This document shows positions 14,676 to 29,918 of a stretch of 64,000 nucleotides of DNA, piece by piece. The DNA lies in assembly GCF_009914755.1 (NCBI RefSeq), contig NC_060926.1, one strand, 5' to 3'. Each line of letters starts with the position of its first letter. Positions within the stretch are counted from its first letter, which is position 1. The translations under genes and the position numbers were made by a program. The notes below the pieces were generated by a model. That model was given only the letters and a program-made list of their open reading frames with translations. It had not been told where the DNA came from and made no database searches. The stretch comes from the human T2T-CHM13v2.0 reference genome, Homo sapiens.

Positions 14676-17600
14676 AGTTTTCACTTGTAAATCATTCTTT
14701 GAAGTTCTTTATCCATTATTCAATATTAACATTTTTTTCTGGCCCATCAGTGTTCTTTATTGAAAACAAACACGCGTATTTATTATAATTATCATTTTCC
14801 AATTTTTATTTTCTCGCATAAATTTTTTTTACTTTGAATTTTTATGCTTATAAAGTCCATTTGAAATCATTTTATGAACTACTTCTATTTCTCCAAAGAT
14901 TCATAATTTTTAAAAATATTTAACTCTTTAGCCATCTGGTATTTCATTTGCAATATGCTGTGAGGTGGGGATTTCTTAATGTTTTCCTCAAAATCTTTAC
15001 CCAATTTTCCCAGCACAATTTGTTGATAGTGCTTCACAGTTTCATCCCCTTTCTGCATCTTTCTCTCTAGCACATATTCACATGGCCAGCTCTTTCAGGA
15101 TTCAGTACAGATGTTCTATTTTCAGGATGCCTTTCCTGACACCTGCCTCACTAACATACCCAGGTGGATTATGTCCCCACTATAGGCTCCCAACTCAACT
15201 GGTACAAACCTATTACACATTGGCTATAACACCCTGTCTCTCCAACTATACTGAAAGCCCTGAAAGATAGTGAATGTATCTTATGCTTTTTGTAGATAAC
15301 CAATATTTGTTTAGTGAGAATGAATATAAATAAACCTTATCAATTATATGATTACTTATACAAACCTTATTAATTATATAAGTAATTATATAATTCAAAA
15401 TCATTTATTTTTGAACTTTCATCTGGCAAGATGTAGAAAGATATGTTAAAGTCACCCGCAGCTATTATTTTCCCATAAAGGTTTCCTTTTCCTTGTTATT
15501 AATGGCCTTTTACTGTTGCTGTACTGTGCTAATTAGCATGTAGTGGTCAACAGTTATTCCAGCTTCATAGTGGGATGGTATCTTTTAGCTATGGAATGGT
15601 CTTCTATCTCATTTAATATATGAATAATTTGTTTTTAAGGATACTTTGCATGAAAGTAGCATAGTAATGATGACTTTTCTTCATTTATATTTGCCTGATA
15701 ATTTATTGTCCAATATATTTTTTAATTGTAGGGTTTGTTTTGCATCTATTTATTGCACATGGTACACCATTAGATTACTTGTTTTCATCCTTCGATGTGA
15801 AGTTTGACCTCTGATTATTTCTATGACTAATACTTTTAGTTATAAATAAATAAATACAACCATTTTTATGTCTACCTTATTGTTTAGGTATTATATTTTG
15901 AGGGCCTTCATTTTCCTTTGGGCTGCCTTTGTTATTACATGGTCTGTGTTTGACTTTTTGTTGCCCTCTCACATGGTTATCAACTTGGACCCATGTAGAC
16001 TCTGGTTCACAATACTAAAATTTCAGTAACCATTAATTGGTTCTCTAATTACCTTTAGTGTTCGGCGTTGTAAAGGAAATATCTAAGGATATCTGAATTT
16101 TGTTTCTTTACTACAGATACTCTTCATGTATCTGGATAACTGCAGAATTTTTCTTTTTCCATGAACTTAAAATGTTCACCAGGATTTGCCAATGTGTTGG
16201 TATGTTTAAATTAACTTTATTCCTGGATTGTGGTAAATATTTTCAATCTATGCCCAAATTTCATTTTTGGCAATTTTTTTTCTTCTAGTATAACTTATTT
16301 CTTCTATCTACTTCCCCATCCTCACACTGAAATGCCTGTAGTATGGATTTTCCTCTGTTTTCCATCTTCGCCATATTTCATATTGCTGCTAATATGCTAT
16401 TGATTTTCTTTTCTGTACCATATATTATCCTATTTACTGCCTTCAATGTGTATTTTAATTTTCAAAATGCTTGAATATCTTTAGTTCTTTTCTCGTCTTT
16501 GACAGATGTCTTGTCTTCTGATTTAATATCGGCCAAGTCTCTGCTAAAAATCAGACGTGGCTCATATCAGCCTCACAACCCGGACACTGTCAAGTAGTCT
16601 CTGAAAGAAATAAGGAGTTCAAAGTGCTTTCCATTTTGTTCTGCAGACTTTTGCATTGTCCACAATGGGAAGGGAGAAGGGAAAAGAAATGAGATGACTC
16701 ACACAAATTTAAGCAATGTTTAAGCCACTTTTAAAGCACCTAGTATTAATGTATCTCTCATCCAGTATTGTCAATTGTATTGTTACACCGTCATCCTTTC
16801 CATAAGACTGTCCGCAACTACAATTTAAGAATGTATCTCTCATATTTTGAAAGTAATAGGAAATATTTACATTTAGAAAATGTGATGAGATGCAATCTGG
16901 CTTTAGAAATAAGATTGTGACAAAGATTGTGTCAAATAAGATTGTGACAATCACAAAATAAGATTGTGAACCCAGACACAGTAGGTGTCTTCTGCATAGT
17001 TTTTTTTCAGGATCTGACATTATTTTTGAGCAACACATTGACCCTAGCTCTATGTATCAAGCCATTGACCTTTATTTCCAAATTGTAACTCTATGAAAAT
17101 TTTAGGATCATATTTATAACTTATTTCAGATTTTTGGATGATTGCTTAATAGGAAATGAGGATAGATTTTTCACTTCTTAATGTTGTAAGAACATATCAT
17201 TTTTATAAATCACTGAATTCCAAATTTGAAATTTCTTGTACAGCTAGTTTAGGATGGTTCATAACAAATCTATCAATGATCCTTTTGAAATATTTCTATA
17301 TATTAATCTGTGCATATCCATAAGAATTCTTTATCTGATTATATAAATTGTAAAATTAGGAGAAAATTCTAGAATGTATATTACATTGACTATTCCTCAC
17401 TGTTTTCTGTCTCTGACATCTTACCAACTTCAAGGAATCACAGAGGGGTCGCTATTCAATCCTTTCTGTTACGGAATGCAGACCTGTGAATAATTGGTCA
17501 AGAAAGGAAGAGTGTTCTGCCTTACAAATATTGTACCAATGTGTGTTTTTTAAATGTTTTAAACATGGACTCTCCATAGAAAGTAAAATTCAGGAAGGCA

Positions 17601-18322
17601 TAATGAATTTCTGTAGCCTGGTCAAATTTTATTAATAGATTTAGTTTGTTTTTAAAAACTGCAGAAGAAAAGCATATATGTTTGAGGCTTGAGAAAAAAA
17701 GATCTCTAGTCACACAATTTCTCATGATTTAAGAATGTAGAAATGGGCATAAGTTGGATCTATCTATAGTATATGACTTTTTATATTATATTGAAATTAA
17801 AATGTAAATATTTTTTCCAAGAACCTCAAAACCCTTAAAAAAGACATTCTTATCCTTGTTATCTAATAGCCATGATAATAGATTGTATTTTTTAGTGTTT
17901 TATTTTCTTTCAAAGTGCCTCTCTATGTTTTTTCTGCTTTGTGGGATGTATTTTATTACACAAAGAATGAATATTTTGAATAGATTATAAATTATTTTCT
18001 TATATGTGAATAAATGCATGCTTTCTATGTTTAGTGTGCAATGAATTCTAAGCCCAGCTATACCATTAACTCAAGATTTGGGAGAATTCACTGAACTTCT
18101 TCGGATTTTGGATTACTCGTCTGCACAATAAATTACCTCTAAGCCTCAGAGACAAAAACTTGCAACAAAATGATTTTGTTGTATTAATATTTATAATGCT
18201 TTCTAACAGAAATAGTCATTTGAAAATTTAATTTTCCCCTTCCTCCTTTTCACAGAGTACTTTAGCCTTTTAGTTTGTTCCTTTCCTGTCTGACTTGCAT
18301 GCTTAATGGTTTTATCATTCCC

Positions 18323-18619
18323 TTTTTTTTGAGACGGAGACGGAGTCTCGCTCTGTCGCCCAGGCTGGAGTGCGGTGGCGCGATCTTGGCTTCACTGCAA
18401 GCTTCGCCTCCCGGGTTCACGCCATTCTCCTGCCTCAGCCTCCCGAGTAGCTGGGACTACAGGCGCCCGCCACCATGCCTGGCTAATTTTTTGTATTTTT
18501 TAGTAGAGACGGGGTTTCACCGTGTTAGCCAGGATGGTCTGGATCTCCTTACCTCGTGATCTGCCCGTCTCGGCCTCCCAGAGTGCTGGGATTACAGGTG
18601 TGAGCCACCGCGCCCGGCT
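18323..18619 (-). mobile_element. AluY, antisense, CpG-rich
   Basis: AluY diagnostics ctgcaagct, gggttcacgccattctcc, cgtgttagccaggatggtct; small GAGACG duplication next to the tail. Confidence 0.93.
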
Positions 18620-20746
18620 GAGAGTCTTTTCTATGATGGCCATGAGCAATGGAATCCAAATCAGGCCACTGATTTCTTTTTGACAAATAATATTGGGCAT
18701 TTTGTCATTAAAAAATGATAAAAATCAAATATTTGAAAGCTAAATACTATTTGTAAATTTTAACCAAAAAAAAGCCTGAACTTCTATTAAGATTACCAAA
18801 AGAATGGCATCTTTTATGGATAACACACAAAATAAAATTTATATTTTAATGTAGAAAAACTTTAGAGTGTTATGTTCAATAAAATCTATATGACATTCAT
18901 TCACATCAAAGTAAGAACAGCACAGCTGAATGTACACTGAATTCATCTGTGCAGATAGAGAAGCCACAGGGAAAAATAAAGAGCTTTTCCTCAGCATGTG
19001 AAAGTCTTTCAGTGATTTGTGGGAATCTCTTTTTATCAGAATCAAGTGGAGGAGTCTTTTGTATGGCTATGAGGTTTTGGATGACAGGTGAATTTCAAAG
19101 ATAGCTGGCATTTGTCATAAACATAATCAACGTTGTACAATCAGCATTCATATAATACCATGTCTTATTCCTTTATACTTTGTATCTTTGTGATAGTATG
19201 TTAAGTATTTTTACTATTTTAATTACAATATATGAAAGTGTTTACTGAATAAGAAGTCTCTATGGAAAACCAAATACTCTAGGAAGGTGTCAAAATGAAA
19301 ATGATTTTTTAATTTTTTCTAGGCCACAGAAATTGTTCTCAACTGCTGTTGTGTACATAAATCTTGAAGATGCTAATAGAAAAAGCAAGCAATTCAATAA
19401 GATGGTTCAACATGGGGACTCAGAGTTGAGGGAGGAGAGAGGAAGAACAGGGCACAGAGGGAACAGCTTGGCTGTCTTTTACTAGAGGTTATTTGGGCCT
19501 TGGTTGATAGTGATTAAATTATAACAACCCAAATAAGAAAGTACTACAAAGAGCCCTACCCTGTAAGCCCCAGAAACTACCAGCCCTAAGAGTGAAGGCA
19601 GGAGATGCATGAATGAGTGATGCATATACATAAACTCATATACAAAAGCACATGTATACATACCTATATCATGCCCTTGAAATGATTTTGGAATCAAAAC
19701 CATCTAAGAGTGAATAGTAAACCACCAAGCAGAAGGATGACAACAAAGATCACTAGATTAAATAAGAAAAACTAGTTTTGAGATCAGTTCTGGCATACGT
19801 AAGCTAAATAGTTGTGGAGAATCACATAACAATGGAGGGTCCTTATGTTCCTTTCACATAAGGAAACATTCAGGCATACGTTTTCTTCTGCCTAAAAGGA
19901 GTTGATTAGATTGGGTTAGGTTCGATGATCTCTAAGATCATTCTGTTTCTTACAACTGCTATTCTGTGATTGTGCAATCAGTCTTTAACACTACTTCCAG
20001 ATATGTAATTCCTCCTACCCTGCCTTTTTGCCAAGTAGATGGCTTCATGGGTAAATATCAGGCTCTCTGAAATGGGTGCCTGACAAAGCTGTTTCTAATG
20101 ATACTATTACTTCTTTCTTATGTAATACATGCCCCTAAGAAGAAAAGAAAAAAAAATCCACAGCCTATAATATTCACAATATTTGCATATTTTAGCTGGA
20201 CATATCTCCTTAAAGGTTGAGGGGTGAGGAGAGAAGAAAGGAGCAACCCTTAGACTTGTTAAAGATTTTGTCAAACCATATTCAAATCTGCCGCTTGTTA
20301 AAGGTGTGATCCTTGGAAAGTTTTTTAATAGGCGTGACTCTCATTTTCTTATATAAATTTTTAGAAATAATATTACCTACCTTACAAGATTGTTAGAAAA
20401 GTAAATTTGAAAATGCACACAGAATTTAGCATACATTCAAAACATAGTGCTTGAGGAATGTTAATTGTTATTATATATCTGTTACTAAGTATTTCTCATC
20501 ACAATAATTGCAAGAGTTGGGGGGATAAATTTTTGCTGTTTACCTAAGTTTATGCTGTTATACACACATTTTGTAACTTTGCTTGAAAGCTTGAAGGAGA
20601 TGACCATGAGACATTGAAAATATTGTGAAATGCTACAGTCCATTTTACGAGATCAAGTATTTTAAATGCTTCACCATTTATAAGGTGATGCTGTTTTCTT
20701 CTTAAAGCTTAACACACATGTGTAAGCATGCTCTGTTTGCTTTCAG

Positions 20747-20907
20747 CGACTGCTGGCCCTAATAAGCCTGAGAGTGGATTTGCAGAAGACAGTGCTGCTC
20801 GGGGCGAGGGTGTGTCAGACCTCCACGAAGTGGTCTCCCTGAAGGAGCGGATGGCGAGGTACCAGGCAGCTGTTTCCAGGGGTGACTGCCGCAGCTTCTC
20901 TGCTAAT
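20747..20907 (+). CDS. XIRP2: XIRP2 coding exon, 161 nt (probably exon 4 of the long transcript): (x)[53 protein letters not shown]
   Basis: Acceptor ctctgtttgctttcAG ends at 20746 and donor GTAAGC starts at 20908. GC/CpG-richer than its flanks. Enters in phase 1, exits in phase 0 and joins the 28074 exon in frame. Internal ATG at 20851 (MARYQAAV). Confidence 0.93.
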
Positions 20908-21110
20908 GTAAGCTGCTCCTAATGGTTTTGCACTAGGCAATGTGCTTACTGTCTGTCCCAATTCCCTCTTTATATTTGAAATGTAAGAATACTACTGGAC
21001 AGGGGGCTAAAGTAGAAAGAGCACAAAAATAGTGTGTGAAATAAATCCAGACTATCTGAATTTAAGTTTCAACTGTGCTACTTATTACTTGTGTGAATCT
21101 GAACTACTAT

Positions 21111-21406
21111 TTTTATTTATTTTTTATTTTTTTTGAGACAGAGTCTTGCTCTGTCATCCAGGCTGGAGTGCAATGGCATGATCTCGGCACCCTCCACCTC
21201 CTGGGTTCAAGTGATTCTCTTGCCTCAGCCTCCCGAGTAGCTGGGATTACAGAGCATGCCACCATGCTCTGCTAATTTTTGTATTTTTAGTAGAGACAGG
21301 ATTTCACCATGTTGGCCAGGATGGTATCGATCTCTTGACCTCGTGATCCGCCCGCATCAGCCTCCCAAAGTGCTGGGATTACAGGCATGAGCCACTGTGC
21401 CCAGCC
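21111..21406 (-). mobile_element. AluSc-like, antisense, inserted into a MIR (~21005-21560)
   Basis: gccaggatggtatcgatctcttgacctcgtgatcc; 12-bp TSD CTGAACTACTAT at 21099-21110 and 21407-21418; MIR sequence on both sides. Confidence 0.9.
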
Positions 21407-22898
21407 CTGAACTACTATCTTAACTTCTCTCTGAGCTTCAGTTTCCTTGACTGAAAAATGGGAATCATCATTTACCACACAGAGTCTTGGTGAGGAATCA
21501 AAGAGACAATTTATGTGTAAGCCATAAGGCGCTGTATAAATGTGTTATTATTATCATCATTAGCACTTAACCTGTAGATATTCTCCTCAGGAAGGTCGGG
21601 AAATAATTTCAAATTTTAATAACATGGGTTTGCACGCCACCCTCCTTGGTCTCATATATGGTTCATTGAAATTCACTGGCAGTATAATTTCTTTGGCTTT
21701 TCTCGTTTCTCTGTATGCACTAAATCCATTAGGAAAGGTTTAATCAACATAAAAATGAGAGAGATTAGCAATGTAGACACTCTGCTAAACCAATTATGAT
21801 TATAGGAAACTGCAGGATTCAGTAAGACCACCAATTTTTAGAGCCAATGCATTATAAAGTCATATTCAAAAGAATTTTGGGGTTCTGTATTCTGTGGCCT
21901 TCAACTTAATGGAATATAAGAATGTTCTTTTATAATTATAATCTCCAAATTAGCCTAGTTGTGTATGAGAGAGGGAGACAGAGAAAGAGAGAGAGAGAAA
22001 AGCCAAAAAAGGTGGTGTATTAAAATAGCTACACTTAACATGCTTCTTTACAAATTATTTAGAGACAAGGCTGACTGTGCCAAACTCATTTAAAAAATGC
22101 AATTCTAGATGACATTTAGGTTTTCACATAGTCATTAAAATACATTTTAGACACAGCTTAGATTTGGAATAAATGTGCAGAAGTGACATAAGTATCTAGA
22201 TCACTTCCAAAATAAACAGTGGCACTATAGTACCTCCTGCCAGTCTTCTTCGATGGCACCCCCTACTGGATCATTGAGGAACTTATTCGTGTTCTAAATT
22301 AGAGAAATGATTCACGAGGAAACAGTTGATTTTGAAAATGCCTAAAGACTGGTTATTTAGTAAACAATACTTGATTTAGGAAGATTGACCTTGCCAGGTA
22401 CTAAGAGAATACACATTAAAAAAGTGGTATCAAGGCATGATATATATTTATGATGTGTTTAAAAAGGGAATGTTTACATTGGACACATAGGGAAATTAAA
22501 TGATCCCATTATTTAATACAAAATCAAAAACTTTAGGGCTAATCTCAAAATGTCTACATATAAAGAATTTAGTAATCTTCTCTTCCCTGCAAATTTTATA
22601 GACAAGAAAAGCAAGAGAAAGTTACTTATAGATTATAAAATTAGGTAGTGAGGAGGCCAAGCTAGATTCCTAGTCTCTTGACTCTTGTGCTCTTCTAACT
22701 GAATTCAACTTCTTCCTCTTCCCTAAATGAGAAAGTATTTTTGGCCCCCAAAATACATATTATAGTATATGGTTTGGCCCTAAGCAAATATTGTGAGAAA
22801 GAAGAGCACATATATTATCTCAGCAGAATCCTGGTAAATATCTAAAGCAAAGCAAAATAATTGTTTATTTAATCATGTGCATGAAATGCTTGTTCAAG

Positions 22899-22944
22899 CC
22901 ACCCCCCCACCCCCCCACCCCACTGCACACACACACACACACAC
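22899..22944 (+). repeat. C-tract repeat (CCCCCCCA)n followed by (CA)n
   Basis: Directly visible; G-runs on the minus strand could form a G-quadruplex. Confidence 0.8.
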
Positions 22945-23954
22945 CAAAAAAAATCATGAAAACTGCCTGTGACTAAATCTGTATCTCCACAATTAACCCA
23001 AAATTTTAAGTGCAAAATCTGAAAGTCACAGAATCAGACCCAAACTGAATCTACTATATCTCAATCATATTTACACATGTAAAGACAATATATTTTCCTT
23101 GTCTCAGAGTCAATCAGATGGCATTTGGTTGTATCTAAATGAAAGTTATGCCCATGAAACAGTGGTGGTCTATAGAAGCCCCCTAAAAGAGAGGGAGAAG
23201 TAACACTTGTTGAGCAATGAATTAAAATTCCAGATTCATTTTCAAGTCTGTGCAATTTTATTCCCTTTACCTTTTTTAATACTCACAATAAATCTGTGAG
23301 AAAAATATTTCTATGCCCAGTTTATAAGAAAGAAAACCAAGTTCAAGAGCTGTAGCCCAAGGTTTTAATTGTCAGGGCTGGAATTAGAAGCACTGTCTGT
23401 CCAACTCCCAAAATTATGTTATTTCTGTTATGCCCTATAAACCAAGAACAGTTTTTTTGTAAAAAGAACTTGAGGACTGTGTAATATATTTACCTAGATT
23501 TAACTGTTAGGTGTTCAAATTAGCATATTATTATCAGCACACCCATTAGATTCCAAACCTTATTGCTGAGCCAAATAATAAGAAACACAGAATAATAATA
23601 AACATAAAAAGTTTCAACACAAAGCAATTTCAGTTATGGGTCAATGATAACAACATTCATTAGTTGGGATATTTAGAGCATGACACTAAATAAGGTAAAG
23701 TCACAGGAACGGTCCCCACCTGAGCAAGGAAGCATTACTCCCGGTTATGACCACAGACTGCTTCTTGGGCAGGTCCTGCCATCTCACATGTGTAAACTTT
23801 CATCTACCCGCAAGTGGAACAAGGAAACCTTAGCACCGCCACTGAACCATATTTCAGAAGATTTGTCTCACTTGGGTGAATGAGCAGCTGCAGTAGCGTA
23901 ATGATAGTACCAGGGGTAGCAGGAATGGTATTAGTACTACTATTAAAAATAATC

Positions 23955-24402
23955 CGCGGTGGCTCACCCCTGTAATCCTAGCACTTTGGGAGGCTGAGGC
24001 GGGTGGATCACCTGAGGTCAGCAGTTCAAGACCAGTCTGGCCAACATGATGAAACTCCATGTCTACTAAAATACAAAATAGAAAGGAAGGAAGGAAGAAA
24101 GAAGGAAGGAAGGAAGGAAGGAAGGAAGGAAGGAAGGAAGGAAGGAAGGAAGGAAGGAAGGAAAGAGAGAGAGAGAAAGAGAGGGAGGGAGGGAGGGAGG
24201 GCGGGAGGAAGGAAGGAAGGAAGGAAGGAAGGAAGATAGCCAAGCATGATGGCGGGTGCCAGTAATCCCAGCTACTCAGGAGGCTCAGACGGGAGAATCA
24301 CTTGAACCCAGGAAACAGTGGTTGCAGTGAGCCGAGATCGTGCTGCTGCACTCCAGCCTGGACGGCTGAGTGAGACTCCATCTCAAAAAAAAAAAAAAAA
24401 AA
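23955..24402 (+). mobile_element. AluSx-like with a (GGAA)n/(GA)n/(GGGA)n microsatellite expanded in its central linker (24081-24235)
   Basis: Left arm ends ...tactaaaatacaaaata, then the purine array, then the right arm resumes at tagccaagcatgatggcggg and ends in poly(A). Confidence 0.92.
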
Positions 24403-24462
24403 ATCAACTATATGAATTTTTGCATGTGTAATGTAGTCTGTTTCTAAAGCGCAGGAAAGTAA

Positions 24463-24773
<311 letters not shown>

Positions 24774-25731
24774 GGTATATCTGTTTTTTAATCCATTTTA
24801 TAGATGAGAGGCAACCTGTCCAGTATAAGAATTGATCTTTTTGTGAAAATGCATTTACCAGGAGAGCATCCGGTCATAAGCATAATACTAAGGCTTGCCA
24901 GATTAATTTGCACATGATTGGGACATCAGAATAGTTGTTTGAAACAGCAAGGTTCTTCTTAATAATTACCTTAATGTCTATAATTTGATACTTATAGATT
25001 ATCTATATATAATTTATCCAGGAAAGCCACTTATATAAATTAAATGGCAGAAGGGGTAAAATAAATATTGTGGCCTTAATTCACCCTTCCCCTTTTTCAC
25101 TGTATCTTAAATTTCAAAAGGGGTGCTGTACATTTTTCTGACCTTAACATATATCAACTAGAAGTAATTGATTAAGATTTGCATTTAAAGTTTGTTGCAG
25201 AATTTGATACAATATATACCTAGTTCATAGAAGAGCACAATCATCTCTTCTCAAAGGGCCACCACACATATTTTGAAATATTTGATAGTCCACATAAATG
25301 AGGAAACGTTATTAACTTAGTAAAGCAACAACTTGAGTACTTGCTAGTAATTTAGATAATCCTAATATTAGTCTATAATATTCTGGAGTATGGGAAACCC
25401 AATCCCCAAGATAGGCACTACATTTTTAATATCTATTTGAAAGACTACTTATTTGGTTAAAGATCCAGGACCCCCAAAGTCCCCAGTCCATGGTATAGAA
25501 ACCTCTCAGCTCCTGGGTCCCCAGTTACTTTCAAGGTCTTAAGGCTTTGAGGGTTATGTCAGGACTGGGTCAGACCTCAGGAGACCTGCTCTGATTTGAA
25601 GTATTGCCAAGTCTTCCAGTTGCAAGCAGACCTAGAATCTTCCTGGAGGAGGGAAGGCTGGCATGGGGCCTGTTTCCTTGAGAATTATCCCATCTGGGCT
25701 TGAGTGCCTGCTGGGCTCTGGAATGTGCTGA

Positions 25732-27209
<1,478 letters not shown>

Positions 27210-28073
27210 AAAATTAGTTTTCTCATTTGTGAAATGACAGTGATAGATTAGAACCCTTCTAATGTTAAAGCCCCCTGATTCTGACATGCCAGTGCTCAGA
27301 GCTGATGCCTGGGGTGTGCTAATCCTGGAGTAGTGTAGCTGCTGGTTTTCTGCCTGTTCTTTGGGGACAGTAATGAAGACAGACAGATGTGGATTGAAAT
27401 TCCAGGGCCAGCACTTCTGTTCTAGCTGTGAGAACGTAATAACTGTCTTACTTCTCTAAGTCTCAATTTCCTTATTTTAAAATGTGGGTAATAGGTGTCC
27501 ATATCTCACAGAATGACATATTCTGTCATTTAATACATACAAAATCACATAAGTAGTCTCATTATTCATATTAATATTTTTACATAAGGAATATTCTGAG
27601 GCTATTTTGTTCATCCTTAATAATTTTAAGTTTTTGGAGTAAAAATGATTTTAAAATTATTCTTAATAATGTGTTCCCTATATAGATGTTTGGGATTTTA
27701 ATGACAACTTTATTGAAGGTTAAAATTGAGTCCATTATTCTTATACCCACTAGTCTGTATATTACAGGAGAAATACCATGCAATCTAATAGGTCTTATCT
27801 GCAGACATCAAAATTTATCTGAGATTAGAAGAATTAACTCAATACTTTGAAAATTCTTCTGACTTTATATCAAAAGACTGATAAATGAGAAAACAACCCA
27901 GAGAGAATATATTTATTAAGGTTTTTGTTAAAAACATACTGAAATAATGGTGTATGTGAATATCTTTTTAAGATACTGTCTATCAATAAATGTCAACTAT
28001 TTTTAAAATAGCTTCAGAATCCCATCCTGCACAGCTGTAAAGCTGAATTTTCCTTTTTCTTAAATCATCCTAG

Positions 28074-28208
28074 ATGATGGAAGAATCAGAAATGTGCGCA
28101 GTGCCTGGTGGTTTGGCCAAGGTGAAGAAACAATTTGAGGACGAAATTACTTCTTCCCGTAATACCTTTGCTCAATACCAATATCAACATCAGAACAGAT
28201 CTGAGCAG
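28074..28208 (+). CDS. XIRP2: XIRP2 coding exon, 135 nt: [45 protein letters not shown]
   Basis: Polypyrimidine tract plus cctAG ending at 28073; donor CAG|GTAATA at 28209; phase 0-0, open frame. Confidence 0.94.
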
Positions 28209-29471
28209 GTAATACTACTACAGGTGATGGGTAAATCAGGCATGGTTGAAATGCTCTCATTTTGGTGCCAATGTAGAAATCTCCTTTCTTTAGTGATACA
28301 TTTATTTTCATTACTCATTAACAAACACTGTAGCTTTGAAATGTTCTAGAAAATCATCTTTAAAGCATATATATGTATTTATTTACTTACTTGAAGCATT
28401 TTTGCCAAATTTCTAGAGACTGTGCTGGACATTCTACCTCTCATCTTCTAATGTTTCAGACATAAATGAAAATTAAATAGTCTAGGTTAGACAACAGGTA
28501 AATTGAACTGTTGAGAGCAATGTTTATACTGAGCCTCTGCTTCTAGGTTATAATTCATAATAAACTAGCTGCTGGTTGTTTGCATAGATTAAGTTGGAAG
28601 CATTATTCAGCTGTTTATTGTGGTGGGGAGTTTTCTGTTTTCTTTAAAATCCTCAAACATTGAATAGTAGAGCCCAGATGTTACATAAAACCACATAATA
28701 TGACCTCCAAATGTTATCTTATATAAATTTTTTTCCCATTTCATTGATTTCATTATTTCATTATTATATATCACAAAATACTGTCGTGAGATTTAGTGAT
28801 TTTTGAATGTGAGAATCTTAGTAATAAAACTCATCAGACTTTGAAAAATGTTAATAGTAATTACACTGTAAACAGGTGTACTTAGGCCCATGTTTTCCAT
28901 GAGGAAGGAGGCAACTGAGGTATTTCTTAAATTTTGTAGTGAGAAATGAAGTGGATGTATTTTTTTTTAATCCCCGGGACATATAGAGTTGCCTAAATTT
29001 TTTTAAATGAAGCAATTGTGTGCTATGTGTGGCAGGGGATGAGGCGGCATATCAGGTAGAATGATTAAAAATCTCATATGTGAAAGATTATTTGTTTCCT
29101 TTTTCTGGCTCTGGCTGCAAAGTTAAAAATGTACAATATAGGTAGCTCAATAAATTTATGGCAAGATTTCTTTTTAATATTACCTAAAGGAAACTTAATA
29201 TAAATAAGAAATTAAGATTAAGATACTTGTGATCTAATACATAACTGTTGCAATGTAGGAGTCTTTGAGTGTAGATGTGTGTGTTTAAACTGGTCAACAA
29301 TACAAAATATTACTATCATTAATAGTTTAAATAACAAATTCTACATAGAAATATCAGTAATGAATTTATAGATCCTTCACTTTGAAGGGAAGCAGTGGGG
29401 ACTATGGACTATGGGGCTTGTGGATCTGGGTTTACACACCACCTCTGCTACTTTTCAGGGTTACACAGACC

Positions 29472-29641
29472 CAGGGCCACCTTCATGGATGTGTGACCTG
29501 TGCAGTTGCACAGGGTCCTGTACTCCAGGCACTTTGTTTAACACTCTTCTGTCTCCATTTTAAAATTCTCAACAACTTTTGAACAAGGGACTCTACGTTT
29601 TCATTTTACGCTGGGTCTGGCATACTATGTAAACAGTACTG
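29472..29641 (+). mobile_element. MER53-like non-autonomous hAT DNA transposon
   Basis: CAG...CTG termini, matches my recall of the MER53 consensus (gtgacctgtgcagttgcacaggg; tttttgaacaaggg), and a perfect 8-bp TSD CACAGACC at 29464-29471 and 29642-29649, the length typical of hAT elements. Confidence 0.85.
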
Positions 29642-29918
29642 CACAGACCAAATTCATAACCTCCTCAGTCTTCAGTTTCTGATGAGTAGGATGGAAAAAC
29701 TGTTGAGTGATTTGCCTATCTCATTAGGTTACTATGGAGGTTTAATGTGACAAAGAGCAATTTATGTAAAAATATTTCCATATCTGTGAAACTTGATATT
29801 GGTTAAGACTCTTTAATACTGCAAAAGACAGAAAACCCCCCAAAAATGGCCTAAACCAAAAGAAATATTACAGGTTTACAAAAAATAGTCTTGGGGAAAG
29901 GAGATTTGATGTAAGCTC

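Noticed and set aside
15325-15400. AT-rich direct and inverted repeats (AAACCTTATxAATTATAT twice; AATTATATAATT palindrome)
   Set aside because: Low-complexity AT sequence in which such symmetry is common by chance.
18275-18700. Alu-derived ORFs (also near 1063, 10781, 21075, 24298, 31159, 34121, 37498, 49983)
   Set aside because: Typical Alu pseudo-translations, not genes.
20760-20900. Local CpG enrichment as a possible CpG-island promoter
   Set aside because: Too short and confined to the coding exon.
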